From contig JALJEE010000715.1 of NCBI GenBank assembly GCA_023231475.1, positions 62,001 to 126,000 on the forward strand: a DNA stretch of 64,000 nt. Reading direction: 5' to 3'. Under the pieces are notes generated by a model. The model was not told where the DNA came from, made no database searches, and saw only the letters and a list, made by a program, of their open reading frames with translations. Made by a program: the position numbers and the translations under genes. Origin of the DNA: Seison nebaliae (lineage: Eukaryota). Numbering within the stretch: the first letter of the stretch is position 1; the number at the start of each line of letters is the position of its first letter. Positions 1-14,877 of this stretch are shown here, piece by piece.

Positions 1-3000
1 AGAACTGAATAATATGCTTCTAATATCGAACCGATCAACTTCCGATTGGGAGAACATGTGCTACTAATCCATTAAATTCTTTAATTCATATTATTCTCAT
101 TCCACACAAAAATAAAATCATTAAGCTTACGTCAAATAAATGTAACGTTGATATGGCAATGAGGAGAGGAGGAGAATTGATGTTTAAAATAATTGTATTT
201 CAATTAATCGTAGTCATATGTCGTGGAAAGTTTTCATAATCGATTGGATTTTAATTGTAACCAGACCGTTTCCACCGACTCCACATTATCATTATTGATA
301 ATTTATTAATAAATGTGGAACGAAAACAAATGATTCAAATGATTATGATGATGATGATTTAACTTCCATCCTCACAAAGGGGAAAATTTTTAAGTTATTT
401 ATTTTAAATCTTCAGGAAAACATGTAAATGCCTGAGAGTGAGCAGAACGATTCCTTCCACCATTTAATTGTTCGAAGAGGACAAAAGGAAATCTTATAAT
501 TGTGTAAACTTTTTCCATAATGCCAGTTTAGTTGAATTGAATGAGGAAGACTCATGCAGACTCATTCGCCTATCTCTAATCATGTTAATACCGTCAAGAG
601 AATTGACAGCGGGATACTACAGTTACCATTGTCGTCTTTCCATCTCCCGCCACATATTACGAATCGAAATTTATTCACCTAATGGTAAGTCTCCTATTCA
701 TATTATCATTTTCCTTTATCATCATTATTATCATCTAAATATCTTCTCTCCACAAGAGAAAAAGAAGAAGTTATTCAGCTTCCGAAAATCTCAGAAATAT
801 CGATTCCTTATGCCGATTGTTAATTGAAAATGTTTCTCGTATCATTATCTGATTATTATATAACTTTCTGATTGTTCATATATCATTTCTACTCGTCTCA
901 TTCTCCACGACTGTGCAACCGAAAACTTTTACTTTCGGGATTCTTTAAGTTCATTTTTCTCTCGTTATTCGTCGTTTCCTCTATCTCAAAAAAGAAAGCC
1001 CCGATATCATCGATACGTCATTCATGGTTAAGTAGTGGAAAACCGAAAAAACGAAAGAATCTTTCAAAATTGTGTTACTAATCAACTCAAATGATCGAGA
1101 GAAAAACGTCAAGAAAAGTTTTCATTTCGTCTTCCCAATGTCTTCATTTTCGTGTATGAGAAATGTTTGTTGGTTTGGAGGTTGGAAATAGTTTATTTTC
1201 TCCTCACATACCTCCCCCACACAACTCAACTTCAATCACTTTCATTGAGATTTAAATTGTCTGAACAATTTCGAGAATTTCCCGACGTTCATTTTGATGG
1301 ATTATTTTCTTCTGCTTATTTCATCAACATACTCATGCGAATTAGGTTGAATTTCTTTTCTTTACAGTACAAACAGACCGTTTGTTCCGCTACCCAAACA
1401 ACGCTCGTAAGATAAAGTAGTAGAAGAATGAAGTGAATGTGTAAATGAAATGAAAAAGAATCAGTCATCTTTCATCAAACTTTCATGCTCGACAATCGAA
1501 CATGCTCGATTGTTCATTCGATCATTAATTATTATTGTTGACGGTCTTCATCGTCACTTATGCGATGTGAGACGACATTATTTCACATCACGATAAACTG
1601 AATTATAATTCTTTCCAGTTCAGACTCATCCATTATCCAAAACATGAAAGATATTATTATTATTATTATTATTCTCTTCTTCTTCTTGTGATTAGTAAAG
1701 TATTAATCAACTGAATGAACAGGAAGTGATCATATCCACTAATTTCTTATACGTATCCTAAGGCAACAACGAACAAGATGACGAGTATTTTACGCGAGTC
1801 ATATTAACGTTCAAATAGATAATAAATTCGAATCGAAACAGTTTAGCGATAAAACGAATTTTGTGTTTAGCACCAGAATTGCCGCTATCATCTTCATCAT
1901 CAGAAGAAGAAGAAGTGAATTAATTCTTTCTTTGAACAATCCCATTTGCCATTGCATAAGATGTTGGTGGGAGAGATTGTTTTCCATCATCTGTCGTCCC
2001 GACTTTACACATCGCTATGGAATTATAGGAACGGCACTATATTCATGAGTTGTGTGAAGGACCTCTTCTCAGCTGGCGAAATGATGTTCAGTTAATTTCC
2101 ACTTTGCCTTCCATCTTTTCTTTTATGAGAAGCGGCAAGTGACGTGACTACACAGTTTCGTCAAACAAAATTTATCTTCATATTCTTCATCTACATTTTA
2201 TGAGTGAAACAATTAGAATTGTTGTAGAGGAATACACATGTATTAGCATTCGATCAAGTTACCAATCCCGCAACAAACATTGGTGACTTCTGCCTATTTA
2301 TGCAGAGTCATTCATATCTGGTGAAGTGGAAAAGTGTTGTGCGAGAATGTACGATCTTCTCAACACATTTCTCTCAATTTTAGAATAGCCGAAAATTATC
2401 ATTTTAATGATAAACGGAGATAAAGAAGAAAGATGGTGATGGAAGAAGAAGTTGCAAATTATAAGAATAGTAGATGAGAATTGAGTGTGGAATAATAGGA
2501 GTGAAATTCAGCGAGCATGCATCACTCAAGAGATTCACGCTTAATAATCGATTGTCGTTAATATATTTCGTTTTATTGCTCATTTCCACATCGAATTATG
2601 GTAAATGGACGAGAGCTAATCTGTTCTCATTCCATGCGCCATTCGAGAATACTACACTAAGTGATTCATAAATAGTCAGAATGTTGTTGGAATAATTCGC
2701 CCGATTCCATATGTTCTACTAACTGATGGATACATTGTCGATACATTGTGAAATAGATTTAATGACACAAAGTAAGTATCATGGTCGCTGACCTGAAATT
2801 ATGAAAAGCATCAATAGAATCGATTACAAAGCCATTATATTTTCGGGTTCTTCTTCTTTCAATATTATTTTTTTAGGAGAAACACTTCTTTCTTCTTATC
2901 AGTTCTGATGCTTGTTCTACTTTACTTTCTTCTTTTCATTTATCATCATCAATATCGTCATTTCACCATTTTACACTCAATTCATATACGACGGGGAATT

Positions 3001-5076
3001 GGTACGTACATCCCTACTGACCATTAGAGTATTGATTCGGATAGTTCATTCACATCATTTTATTTCCATTTTAACAAAAATTTATGAGAGAAGAATAGAG
3101 GTGTGAAATGATAAAAAAATAAATAGGAACCAACTCCTTCGAAACAAACGAACAATAGATCACTTGGAATGAAAGTAATTTGTTAATTTTCTTCATTTCT
3201 AGAAGGGAATTCATCAATGTCCACCTCAGGTGTTTTCGAGCACAAAAGATTTCTTATTTGAACAACTAAATCGATTTGGAGTCTTTCTATTCATATATCC
3301 ATTGTAAATGACATAAAGACTGATTAATCTCCAATATTTGACTAATAGTTAAACGAAGGTACATAAATCAGGATCAAATCAAATTCATAATACAATCCAC
3401 AAATAGTCAATATAACTCTCGAAGATATTGATCGATGTCTTTTCTTTCGTGGAATTTTATTGAAATTTGCATTAGAATCGTTTAGAAATAATCAAATATA
3501 AATCCATCTACCTTCATCAACTATTGTGAATGACAATTATATGAGAATCCTGAATAAGTATATGTTACAAAAAAAAATTAATATTCGTCCTCTCTATTCA
3601 ATAATTCTTCCTTTGTTGTTGTTGTTCTTCTTCTTTTAGTCACAGAAATTGTACTTCCCAGAAAAGGAAAGGAGGAGGGACGTATAAAAGAAAATGAATC
3701 AGATGTGAATCCTTGAAATATTTTACACCTAAGGGGCCTGAGCCATACCATTCTTCTTTATCATCATCTTCTTCTTCTTCCCATTATCATCAGTAGTTTA
3801 ACAGGAGAATAAGATTTCTCGAAAAGATCAGTCAAATTCCATGTTTGCAATTTTCGCATTCATCCAAAAAGATTAGGAGGTCAATCCTTTTTCTTTCCAT
3901 CTAATAAATTCTCGTTTGGTCGGAGGGTGAAAGATTGGATGGAAAAGATTAATCTAGTCGAAAACAATCGTTTTTTAGCGTAATAGTTAAAATGAAACAA
4001 TTCTCCCATCATAAATCAAAACCAGCTGATGTTCCATCCTGTCTGTCAACAGCTCTTCAACTGTACATGAAGAGCATGGTCAACGGGATAGACTAGAAGG
4101 GAATAGTTGAGGTTAAAGGGGAATTTGGGAATAACTCGACTGAATCGGATTAACTAGCCGACGTTGTTAACAGAATTGTGAGAAATATTCAATTTATTTG
4201 TCGCCTTTTGCAACAGCTTTATGGAATTTTATTGAATTGACTCTCTACTCACTGTTAAGCCAATTCACTTGCCAATGTTCCAACTTCTCACCAAATTAAT
4301 AAGGATTCTTTCTCTAATCTTTAATAGCAATCTGTTGGCAACATATCCATTCGTTTAATTAATAAATATTTTACAAATATTCTCTCTTCATTCCATTCAT
4401 CGAACTGACTATTTATGAATATTAATATCTAAATACATATCTCTCAATCCAATTCTTTCAATATCCAAATTCGTAAATTTCTTTTTCTTATTTTCTATCT
4501 TCCCTAGATGATTACGTAAGAGATGTCTATCTACAATGAGATGTATCCTGATCATTCTATTAGGAGATTGAGTCGACAATATGAGTAATTAAAAATAGTG
4601 ATAATTCTACATATTTTCGAAGAGCAATTGAATAATTGATGGAGGAATTATGTAGAAGTTAATGATTCCAATCCATTCATTTTTTTGGACATCACGTAAT
4701 AAATAGAATATGACTATCATAGCTGGATCATCAAAATATTCTTCAGTCAAATGTTATTTGGATAGTTTCGACTAAGAAACAATCAGTTAACGAATGTGAT
4801 GGAGTGATTTCATATGAGAATAATTAATGGCAGGAACAAGCAGGTTGGTACGAGTAATTGCACTTTTGTTGCATTTTCCCGTTGATGAATGATGGGAAAT
4901 TGGGGTGAATGACAAATGAAACCAGCTTCCGATAATATATGTCCATTCTTCTAATTGAGTACTCGAATCGACGGAATGACGGTGACAAGTCGGCAATTAT
5001 TGGGTGTCATGTGGTCGTTCATATTCCAATTTGATAATATCATTCCTAATGTTTCTTCCTTTTTCTATTCCTCTAT

Positions 5077-5097
5077 TCTCTCTCTCTCTCTCTCTCT
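5077..5097. repeat. (TC)n microsatellite
   Basis: Run of tc dinucleotides read directly. Confidence 0.8.
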
Positions 5098-5643
5098 GGA
5101 ACGGACGAGGGACATCTGCTGTCTAATCTATTTTCTTTTAATTAGCAACTTCATCCGAATTTGCATATGTTCTACGCGAAAGTTCAAGTTCATATATCCA
5201 ATTCCTTCTCTTGTTACATTCGCTCCGATTTATTCAATCTCTCACTCATCATTCTACTCTTATCATATATGTCGTTATTGGACTAATTCGTGAGTGAGAA
5301 ATGAAGACGATTATCGATGCCGCATCATTTTACTAGAAGTTCCTGAAATAATTACTTTCTTCAAATACTTACTTATTTTCTTTATTAGTTTTTTTTTGTT
5401 TTTCAACGACGATATTTTCTTCTTCTTCTTTTAATTAGACAATAATAACGCCTAATTTATGGCCGGTTGAACGATTGCCACCGATTACTTTGATCTTTTT
5501 CCTTTCCTGCAATTTCATTCTTCTTCTTCTCATTATATTAGATCTCTATAATTTCAGATTATATTTCTTTCAATTCCCAACAGAATAATTCTGGACGAAA
5601 TGTGCTAACTACGAAAAAATCGAAAAGAAGAAAAAAGTTAATT

Positions 5644-8600
5644 ATGAAACCGAATTTGATCATACAATTCCACTTGATGTTCTTCACTCTGATCCGTTGT
5701 GCTCGATATCAATTAAAATCGTCCGATTCTCAACGACTCTTTCCCTTACTCTCCCAACCCAAATGGAATAGACAACACGATGATTCCATCTCCATGCAAA
5801 CGGCATCGTCAATGATACAATTAAATCCGTTATACGTCAAAGAAGATATATCGATCGACAAATTCATTTTGGATATTCGAAGAGAAATTTTAGATAATTC
5901 TGATACATATGTCGATTTGGCTGGTTTCATGTTCGAGAACTCCGGAAGTTCCACATTAAACGTCATGTCCGAATTATTTCGGGTCGATCCCAAAAACGGG
6001 AAATTGTTCACAAATCATCGGTTGGATCGCGAATGGTTCTGTCGTTCTCAACATGACGCATTCGACGATTTTGATGAAGAAGAAGAAAATTATGATGATA
6101 ATTTTTTCAAACAACACCAAAAATTAAATGGTGAGAGAAATACCTCTCCGATGAACATTGAATTGAAAGGAATTTGCGATTGTGCGACGACGCCGAAAGA
6201 GGAATGTGTTTTAGTTGCTGAATTAGTAGCGAAATCGAAGAAGCGAATTACAAACAATTTATTGAATCGAAGACAACGACGATTGAAATCGAACAACAAT
6301 TTGATGGAATCGTCTTTATTTATCACTTTAAATATCATCATTGATGATCTCAATGATAATCCGCCGTTATTCCTACATAATCAATTGGAATATGATGAAT
6401 TGTTCGGAAGGAAAGAGAAAGTGTCACAAATTCTATTAAGTGAATCGGTTCCTGTGAATTTCAAATATTTAATTGACACAGCTAAAGATCTCGATTCGAA
6501 ACAAAATGGAATTGCCACGTACGCTTTGTATGAGATCGATGAGAGGAAAGTTCAAATGAATGTCAATGTAACGAATGAACATCATTTGAAGATTTCTGAA
6601 GCATTCGCTCTAGATTTCGATATCGATGACGATCAATTATGGTTGAAAGTGGTGAAACCGTTAGATCGAGAAAAACGGAATTTTTATCGTTTATTATTAA
6701 TCGCATATGATAAAGGTGAGAAACCGTTAAAAAGTTACATCCAATTGTGGATGAATATTACTGATGTGAATGATAATATTCCAATTTTCGATAAGAAATC
6801 TTATACATTTATCGTTCAAGAAAACATCAATAACGGTCAATTGGTCGGTGCAGTTCATGCGATCGATAAAGATGAAGGTGATAATGCCAAAGTACTGTAT
6901 AGTTGGGCTAGACATCAGTATCAATCAGCTGAGAAATATTTTCGAATAGATAAAAATACTGGCGAGATATTTGTTGCAAATCAAATCGATTATGAAAACC
7001 GTCCAAACGGTTTCGCTTTAACCGTCCAAGCAACGGATGTGGCACAATCGAAACAGACGTCGATGGACAGTCATACATCAGTGAGTATGGCGACATTTGT
7101 AACGGTTTATATTCGTATTCTCGATATGAATGATAATGATCCGAATATTCGAATTATTTTCACGACAAATCAACAAATTAGTGAGAAAGTTGAATCGGAA
7201 ATGGTTTTAGCGAGAGTCATCGTATCGGATAAAGATACGAGTCAGAATGGAAATATTAGTTGTTATTTGTGGTGGGATGATGAGAAGATGAAAGATAAAA
7301 AATTACCGTTTTCTTTAATGGAATTTCCAGATAAATCATACGCAATAATGACGAATGAATTGGCATCGAAAATTGATCGAGAGAAAATGGATATTTATCA
7401 ATTGGTATTGAAAGCAACAGATAACGGAATTCCGAAAGCACGATCTGCATATTATTCCTTCAATATTTCCATAATTGATGAGAATGATAATAAGCCTAGG
7501 TTTACTTCATCCGAATATGTGATGAATATCGAAGAGAATTCTTTCCGTCTCTTATCACCGTCATCATCAAATAATCATCGAAATAACGATATTATTATTG
7601 GTGCGATCGATGATGATATTGGAAGAAATGCCGAATTGGATATCGAAGTAGTCACAACGAAACCGATCGGATTTAAACATCATATCGCTCTGGAAAAGAT
7701 CCAATCCAATATGATTCATATAACGAAATGGAAAATTAAAATTATGAAGAAATTCGATCGGGAAGGAATCATTCGTGCGAATACACATGACGGAATTCGA
7801 TGTTATACAGATATCGATGAATTTAAAAACGTGGAAATCAAATATCAGAAAAAGATGAAGAATTTTTGTTATATCTCATATCTGTTGAAAGTGACGGATA
7901 ACGGAAATAAACATCATTTCTCCTCACTCTCCAATTTGTATATTCGAGTTGTGGATGTGAATGATAATCAACCGGAAATTGTTGCTTATAAAGATCTGGT
8001 GAAGAGTCAGTGGGAAGTAGTTTTGTCTTCTCAGAAATCGTTTAATTTGAAAGTGAAAGAGAATGTGAAGAAAGGAGAAACCGTCGCTAAATTAAATGTT
8101 GTCGATGCTGATTCATTAGGAAATGGTGAAATTTCAACGATTACATTAATTCCGTCAATCGTCATGAAACCACAACCGTATTATATTTTCCCTTTCTATT
8201 ATGATATGAATGCGAATGAAATTCGTATAAAAACGACTGAGCAATTGGAAATGGAAAATTCGTTAAATCAAAAATATATTTCAAGTCAATTCCTGCTCGA
8301 TTACGAGAAGGAGAAACATTATAATTTCCAATTGAAATTAACTGATGGTGGACAGCCAAATTTATCGAATATTTATAATATATCGATCGATATCGTCGAT
8401 TTGAATGAACATAAACCGGAATTGATTGAACCGATTAATACGACGGATTCAGCTCAATTTATAGATCTATCTAAAATATCGATTGGTGATAATAGTTCGT
8501 TGATTCAATTGATGCATTTATCAGCGAGAGATAAAGATGAGGAAATGAAAGAGAAGGATAATTATAAATTGAATAATAATCTCTTCTTTCATCTCATCAA

Positions 8601-11139
8601 TATCGATGTATATGAAATTTTGAAAGTTGGAAAGAAATTCTCATCGTCATTCAAACGTAAATTAACAAAGAATCATTTGGAAACATTCTTGAAGAAGATA
8701 CCGATTGACAAAAAGAGAAATAATCATAATTATGAAATCGATAAGGAAATGATAAGTCTGTCAGCGAATGGAACGATCAATTTGATCACTAATCAAATGA
8801 ATCGAAGTAATTGGAGGAATTTAAAAAATTCATATTTGTTAATGATGGAAATTCGAGTGTATGATAGTGGCAATCCACCACCCAAATTATTCACCGATGT
8901 TCTATTACGATTAATCGTCTACTCGAAAGAAGAACAACAATCGATTGGAACGGATTTGAGTTTGTTAATGCAAATTGCGAAGGCGTTACCGAATCCGGCC
9001 GAAATGAGACGACGAGCTGCTTTGTCGAAAAATTTGAAATTGAACAAGGAGTATAAGTGGAAGGAGAATGGTGATTATATGAGTACGAAGGAGTTAATTC
9101 AAAAAAAATTCATTTTGGTCATCACTTGTGGAATTATCATTTTCATTATTTGCGTTCTAGCCATCGTTCTCTTTTTCACTTGTAATCGATCGAAGAAACG
9201 ATCGGGCAGTCTCAATATATTCAACGAGAAGAAGAAGAATGTGAAGGAGAATAAGAAAAATTTGGCCACTCTATACAAACAGAATGAAACGACGAATTTC
9301 TATAAATTGAAAGATTCGAATTCAAATTCGATGAATGGAATTGGAGAGAAGATCAAAAATCATCTTCGGCCCGTTACTATGAAGAAGTTATTGATCTCCA
9401 ATATAACGAACATGAGTGAACAAGCGAATAATATCAGTCTAACGACGAGTAGTTCGACGAATGGCAGCGATGCTCAAGATCATAGTAGTACAACGAGTGG
9501 TGGAAGTGCATATTTATCAGAAATGGAAAAGAAAAGAAATGAAAAGAATAATAATAATAGTATGAATGCAACATTGAATAGTAATAGTGATTATGCTCTC
9601 CAATCCGCCACACCCAATTTCGTCGATTATACTCATTTTACAACTGGTAATTCGGAGGTTGGAAAACCATTAGCGACACTCTCCGAATTCACTCAAAATG
9701 ATGTCCGATCTCAAGAGAATACTTATAATCGTAATAAATTAAACTCGTTAAATAGAAAGAAAACTTCCTCATCTTCAAACAACAACAATAACAATAAAGG
9801 GAATTTGGAGAATGTTCTCGTTATTCAAGAAGAAGCGAGACAACAAAAACAACATTATCCATCGACAAATGGACATCAGAAATGTTATGATGCTGTTCCA
9901 CAACGTCATTCGGAATATATTCGTCATGAGAACGAAGAGTTCGGTGGATCGAACGATTGTTTATTAGAAAGTAATTATCGTGCACCATTCAAAGAGGAAG
10001 TTGATGGAGTGAATGCTCATTCATTCAATTTGCGACAACATAATAAATATCAATCGATGTATGATAATAGTGAGCAGGTATGTGCGGAACATTGTGGTTC
10101 GATGAAGAAACACAATATTTGCACACAACACGGGCATTGTGCCCACTATACATCTACGGACAATTATCAATTACCCCGAAGTACCAGTATCGAATATTGG
10201 CTAAGAGATAATTGTAACAATTCCAGTGGCATCTGTCCCATCCAAAATTGTGACTATCATCAAATGCAACGAATGAACAAAAATGAAAATGATACGAAAT
10301 TTCATCCAAACTTCTATCAAGAAAATAAAAATCAAGGAAATAATCTAATACACAACAACAATAACAACAAGAATATAGAAATCGATTCAGGATTTAGTTA
10401 GATATTTTTAAATATTCTTATAATTCATTCTTAAATCATTTTAGATGGTCGTCGTATTAATTTGAATGGTTATGGTCCGATCGTACCGAATTATGATAAT
10501 TGTGATTATCGATCGAATAAATCGAATGAGAAGAATGTGTCGTTCGGAACTAAACAGACATCTTATTATAATCCGGATAAATTGCCAATTACTCGATTCG
10601 AACCGAACATTTCATCAAACAACAATTATATGAACAATTCCTTTTCCACCAATATCGCCACAAACGGTACGAGCAATTGTGAGAAATATGAGAATCCTTG
10701 GATCAAACGACGACATCAGCAAACGGATAGCGATAACGAATTTGAACATCGATCATCAAATGAATCGAGAACAATATTCGATGACGAATATCCGGATCAA
10801 TCGGAAGAAGATTTCGTCGATTCATCACTTTCCTCCAAATTGCAGATCTCTCACCACAATTCCAGTGATACTAGTAATCTTTCGGAAGAAATTATCATTC
10901 GACATCCATCATCAAATAAACCCAATCGTCTCATACAATCCTCACACAAAACGAGAACTAATCGGAAACAACATAATCTAATCAATCGATCTCCATCATC
11001 ATCACCATCGCTCATCGCTCATCGCATACCCAAGATCAATGTCAACAGTCCACCCACAACCAATGAGGACAGTGACGAGATGTTGGAACAACCAAATGAT
11101 CTTCTCATGACACAGACGAGTAAAGCTTGCTACATTTAG
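5644..11139 (+). CDS. Protocadherin, delta-type-like (7 cadherin repeats, TM, long cytoplasmic tail); 2 coding exons 5644-10396 and 10445-11139
   Basis: Signal-like N-terminus from ATG 5644; DRE/DYE and DxNDNxP linkers (DLNDNPP, DVNDNIP, DMNDNDP, DENDNKP, DVNDNQP, DLNEHKP); TM FILVITCGIIIFIICVLAIVLFF; 48-nt phase-1 intron gttaga..ttag (10397-10444) joins the 10462-11139 ORF in frame. Confidence 0.88.
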
Positions 11140-12119
11140 AACCATCCTCATTTTTCTTTCAACCTCAATCAACCTCAATCTCATTTATTTCCATTTACTT
11201 TATTCCTACTTCCCCATATTATATTTATATATTTCTTATTAAACAATCATCTCCCAATGATGTTCACTTTTGAAAAAGTTTGAGAAAATAAAAATCTATA
11301 AAATATTTTTAATAATTCTTTCTTCTCTCTAACAAGATAACTACACTTACGTATCGACTAAAATCATTCCAAAAATTTTATATACTAACGTAAGTGGTTT
11401 TTCATCAGATGAAAATTCAAAACAACTTTTTCAAATGGTACATATTTCCCTCTTAAATTTTTAAATGTTTAACTTGACTCCTCAATGTACTAGTAAAGCA
11501 ACGTTTTTTCGTCAATTGTTAAGTCCAAAATTTAATTGAATCTTCATAAATTATTATTAGAAAAATTATTCAATATCTTATGAGAAAATTTAAACTTCGT
11601 CACCGACAATACCGACAAGAAGAATCGTTTAGACAAAAATTAGATAGTTTATAGTACAAACTATATCCTTCGTTGAGAATCGAGTATAAACTTTATACTG
11701 TTAATAAGCTTCTTCCAATGGAGTAATTAATATTATTATTTAATTCTTAAACTATTTTAATATTATGTCATTTAAAAAAAATTAATTTTATAGAAAGTCG
11801 ATTAGCACATTATAATATAAGGTAAATAAGTTTTTTTAAGAAAATGAAAAAAATAATGAAATGCTGATAAAGAATTAACACCTGAGATTAAGAACAAGTT
11901 GAATGTTTTTTATAGAGAAACAATTAATATGAATAAGAAATGGTTAGCAAGCTAAATATTTTTGGAATGGAAAATTTGAATATTTCGTTTATCTTCCGAA
12001 ATTTGTTATGGTAAAAAGAATTTTACTTTCATTCATTTTCGAATTAAATATATCTTTTGAAGTTTGATGAGTTGTAACTGATTTACATATTTCAACTATA
12101 ATTCCTAATTCAATCGAGA

Positions 12120-13220
12120 ATGAAAGCAGTCATTTTGGTTGGTGGTTATGGGACACGATTGCGGCCGTTAACATTGACGAAACCAAAACCGTTAATTGAA
12201 TTTTGCAACAAACCGATTGTCCTCCATCAAATCGAAGCGTTGGTCACTGCCGGTGTTGACCACGTCATTCTAGCAGTGAGTTATCGAGCAGAGATGTTGG
12301 AGGAGGAGATGAAATCATGGGCTGATCGATTGAATATTCGAATATCAACATCGATTGAAAGTGAACCGATGGGAACTGCCGGTCCATTGGCATTAGCCGT
12401 AGATCAATTGATGGAGAAGAAAGATGGAGAATGTGGAGATACAATAGGAGATTTATTTTTCGTTCTCAATAGTGATATCATATGTAATTATCCGTTTAAG
12501 GATTTGATAGACTTCCATAAATCGAGTGGTAGAGAAGGAACAATTATCGTTACAAAAGTTGATGAACCATCAAAATATGGTGTGGTGGTTTATAACGAGA
12601 CAGGTGTGATTGATCGATTTGTTGAGAAACCGAAAGAATTCGTTTCGAATCGAATTAATGCTGGAATGTATATCTTCTCAACGGAAATGTTGAGTCGTAT
12701 CGAAAAACGACCGACATCGATCGAGAAGGAAATTTTCCCGAAAATGGCGATCGATCATCAATTATCCGCTTTCCAATTGGAGGGATATTGGATGGATATT
12801 GGACAACCAAAAGATTATTTAAGAGGAATGTCAATGTATCTTCAAGCGATTAATGAGCCGATTATGAAACGTGGAAATGTGAAATTTATTGGAAACGTTT
12901 CCATCGGTAATGACGTCACTTTTGGAAATGATTGTCGAATTGGACCAGATGTTGTAATTGGAGATAACGTGAAAATTGATGATGGAGTTTGTTTAAGGAA
13001 TTGTGTCATCATGAGAGATACGGTGGTTGGTGGACATTCATTCCTCACTCATTCTATTATCGGATGGCGATGTCGAATCGGTCGATGGACCCGATTACAA
13101 AATACGACAGTTCTAGGCGAAGACGTCGCCATTTCTGATGAGACATATGTCAATGGAGCAAGTATTCTTCCTCACAAATCCATCTCACAATCCATTAATC
13201 AACCGACGATTGTCATGTAA
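12120..13220 (+). CDS. GMPPB: Mannose-1-phosphate guanyltransferase beta, intronless
   Basis: [61 protein letters not shown]-terminal hexapeptide-repeat region ending ILPHKSI. Confidence 0.96.
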   Translation: MKAVILVGGYGTRLRPLTLTKPKPLIEFCNKPIVLHQIEALVTAGVDHVILAVSYRAEMLEEEMKSWADRLNIRISTSIESEPMGTAGPLALAVDQLMEKKDGECGDTIGDLFFVLNSDIICNYPFKDLIDFHKSSGREGTIIVTKVDEPSKYGVVVYNETGVIDRFVEKPKEFVSNRINAGMYIFSTEMLSRIEKRPTSIEKEIFPKMAIDHQLSAFQLEGYWMDIGQPKDYLRGMSMYLQAINEPIMKRGNVKFIGNVSIGNDVTFGNDCRIGPDVVIGDNVKIDDGVCLRNCVIMRDTVVGGHSFLTHSIIGWRCRIGRWTRLQNTTVLGEDVAISDETYVNGASILPHKSISQSINQPTIVM

Positions 13221-13448
13221 GTGAAAATGATAAAGAAATTTAAAGTTTTTCAGGTTTTTCCTGAAATTCTCTCATTCATCTTTCTTTGAATGAATTCCTT
13301 ATATTTGACCGTCCATTCTTTTCTCATATTAATCAATATCAGAATTTTCTCTTCGATTTCATCTTTCAACCATATTTATTTCACAATTTCCCATTCCATA
13401 ATTTTTTGTGTAGAATTTTAAATTTCTCTTATTAACATTTCTATTATT

Positions 13449-14812
13449 ATGGATGAGAAAGCAATGAATTATATAGATGAGGCGATAGAAGCGGGAAATA
13501 ATAGTCAATTATGGAAAGATATCAAAGATTCTTATCAAAATAAATTGTGGCATCAATTGATGGTTTTGGTGAAAACTCTAATTCTTGGCGATCTCCCAAA
13601 AGATTTCGATTATATGAAATTCTACAATAATTTCTTATCATCATTCGATCATCGTATTAATCCAGTTGTTATGATGGAAATCGTTGCTCCAGTAATTAAA
13701 AATTTTGATGGTTTTTCAATTTTCCTTATTTCAAATTTTCCAAATTTCAATTTTATTTGAATTTCCCTCGTTTTTCAGAAAAAGGGGATAATGGAGATAT
13801 TTTCTCGTTTATTACTGGATTGAAAAAGAAGGTGAAAGAGAATTCCACCGCCCAAATTATTTGTGATACGATGACATTGAATGGATTAATTCAGAAAAAA
13901 CGGTTTTCCGAATTGAAAGTTTTCCATTTAAAATTTGAAAAATTTTCAAATTTCTTTCATTCATTTCCAGAATACTTTACCAGAAATCGAAGATAAATTG
14001 AATGATATTAATGGAGTAACTTTAGCTCATACCAAATTTTATGAGACAGCAGCCTCTTTTTATATGTCGCAAGGAATGCATGGTGAATTCTATACGTCCA
14101 CACTTCGATATTTAGGATCAGTTGATATCGATATATTACCAGAAGCTGATAAAAAAATAAAAGCGTTCAATCTTTGTTTAGCTGCATTAGTAGCAGAGAA
14201 TGTCTACAATTTTGGTGAAGTGCTCCAACATCCAATTCTCGATTCATTGAAAGGAACACGTCATATGTGGATAGTGGAATTACTTCAAGCTTTCAATCGA
14301 GGTGATCGTGAAAAATGTAAAGAACTACACGAACAATGGAACAAGCAACCAGATCTCCGTTCAGCTGAAAGTAAATTACAACAGAAATTAGCCATTATGA
14401 TTTTGATGGAAATGGTTTTCGAAAGGAATCATAAAGGATATCATTTGACATATGATGAAGTGAAAGATCGAACAAAATTGAAAACAGATAACGAAGTTGA
14501 AATTGTCATTGAAAATCTTTTTCCTAATATTTTCCATCAGATCGAGTTGTTGGTGATGAAAGCAATCAGTTATGAATTGATTAAAGGTCATATCATTCAA
14601 CAAGATCGTTTATTTTATTTGAATTGGGTACAACCGAGAGTACTGGATGAATTACAAGTTAGAAATTTTCATATATTATTTTTTTTTGAAATTTATTTGG
14701 GAAAAATCAGATTGCTGGTATCATAAATCATTTGACAGCGTGGCAAAGTGAAGTTTCTGATCTCATAACAAACATCGATACGAATGCGGAAGAGATTTTG
14801 ACGAATTCATAA
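13449..14812 (+). CDS. PSMD13: 26S proteasome regulatory subunit 13 (Rpn9); introns 13711-13778, 13919-13970, 14496-14540, 14658-14710
   Basis: KLWHQL, LRYLG, ENVYNFGEVLQHPILDSL, IELLVMKAISYELIKGHI, WVQPRVLDELQ; the four GT-AG introns restore one frame ending AEEILTNS*. Confidence 0.93.
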
Positions 14813-14877
14813 AACTCACATTTTTTTTATTAACTATTTTTTATATTTTAAATGTTCTTTTAAAATGGGAAATTTCC

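Noticed and set aside
468..5293. Short ORFs upstream of the protocadherin
   Set aside because: No recognisable motifs, F/I/L/S-rich composition typical of translated AT-rich non-coding DNA, and no exon chain I could join
10391..10444. Non-canonical GA-AG intron in the protocadherin (CAG|gattta)
   Set aside because: A GT donor in the same phase lies 6 nt downstream (10397) and fits the local GTT pattern
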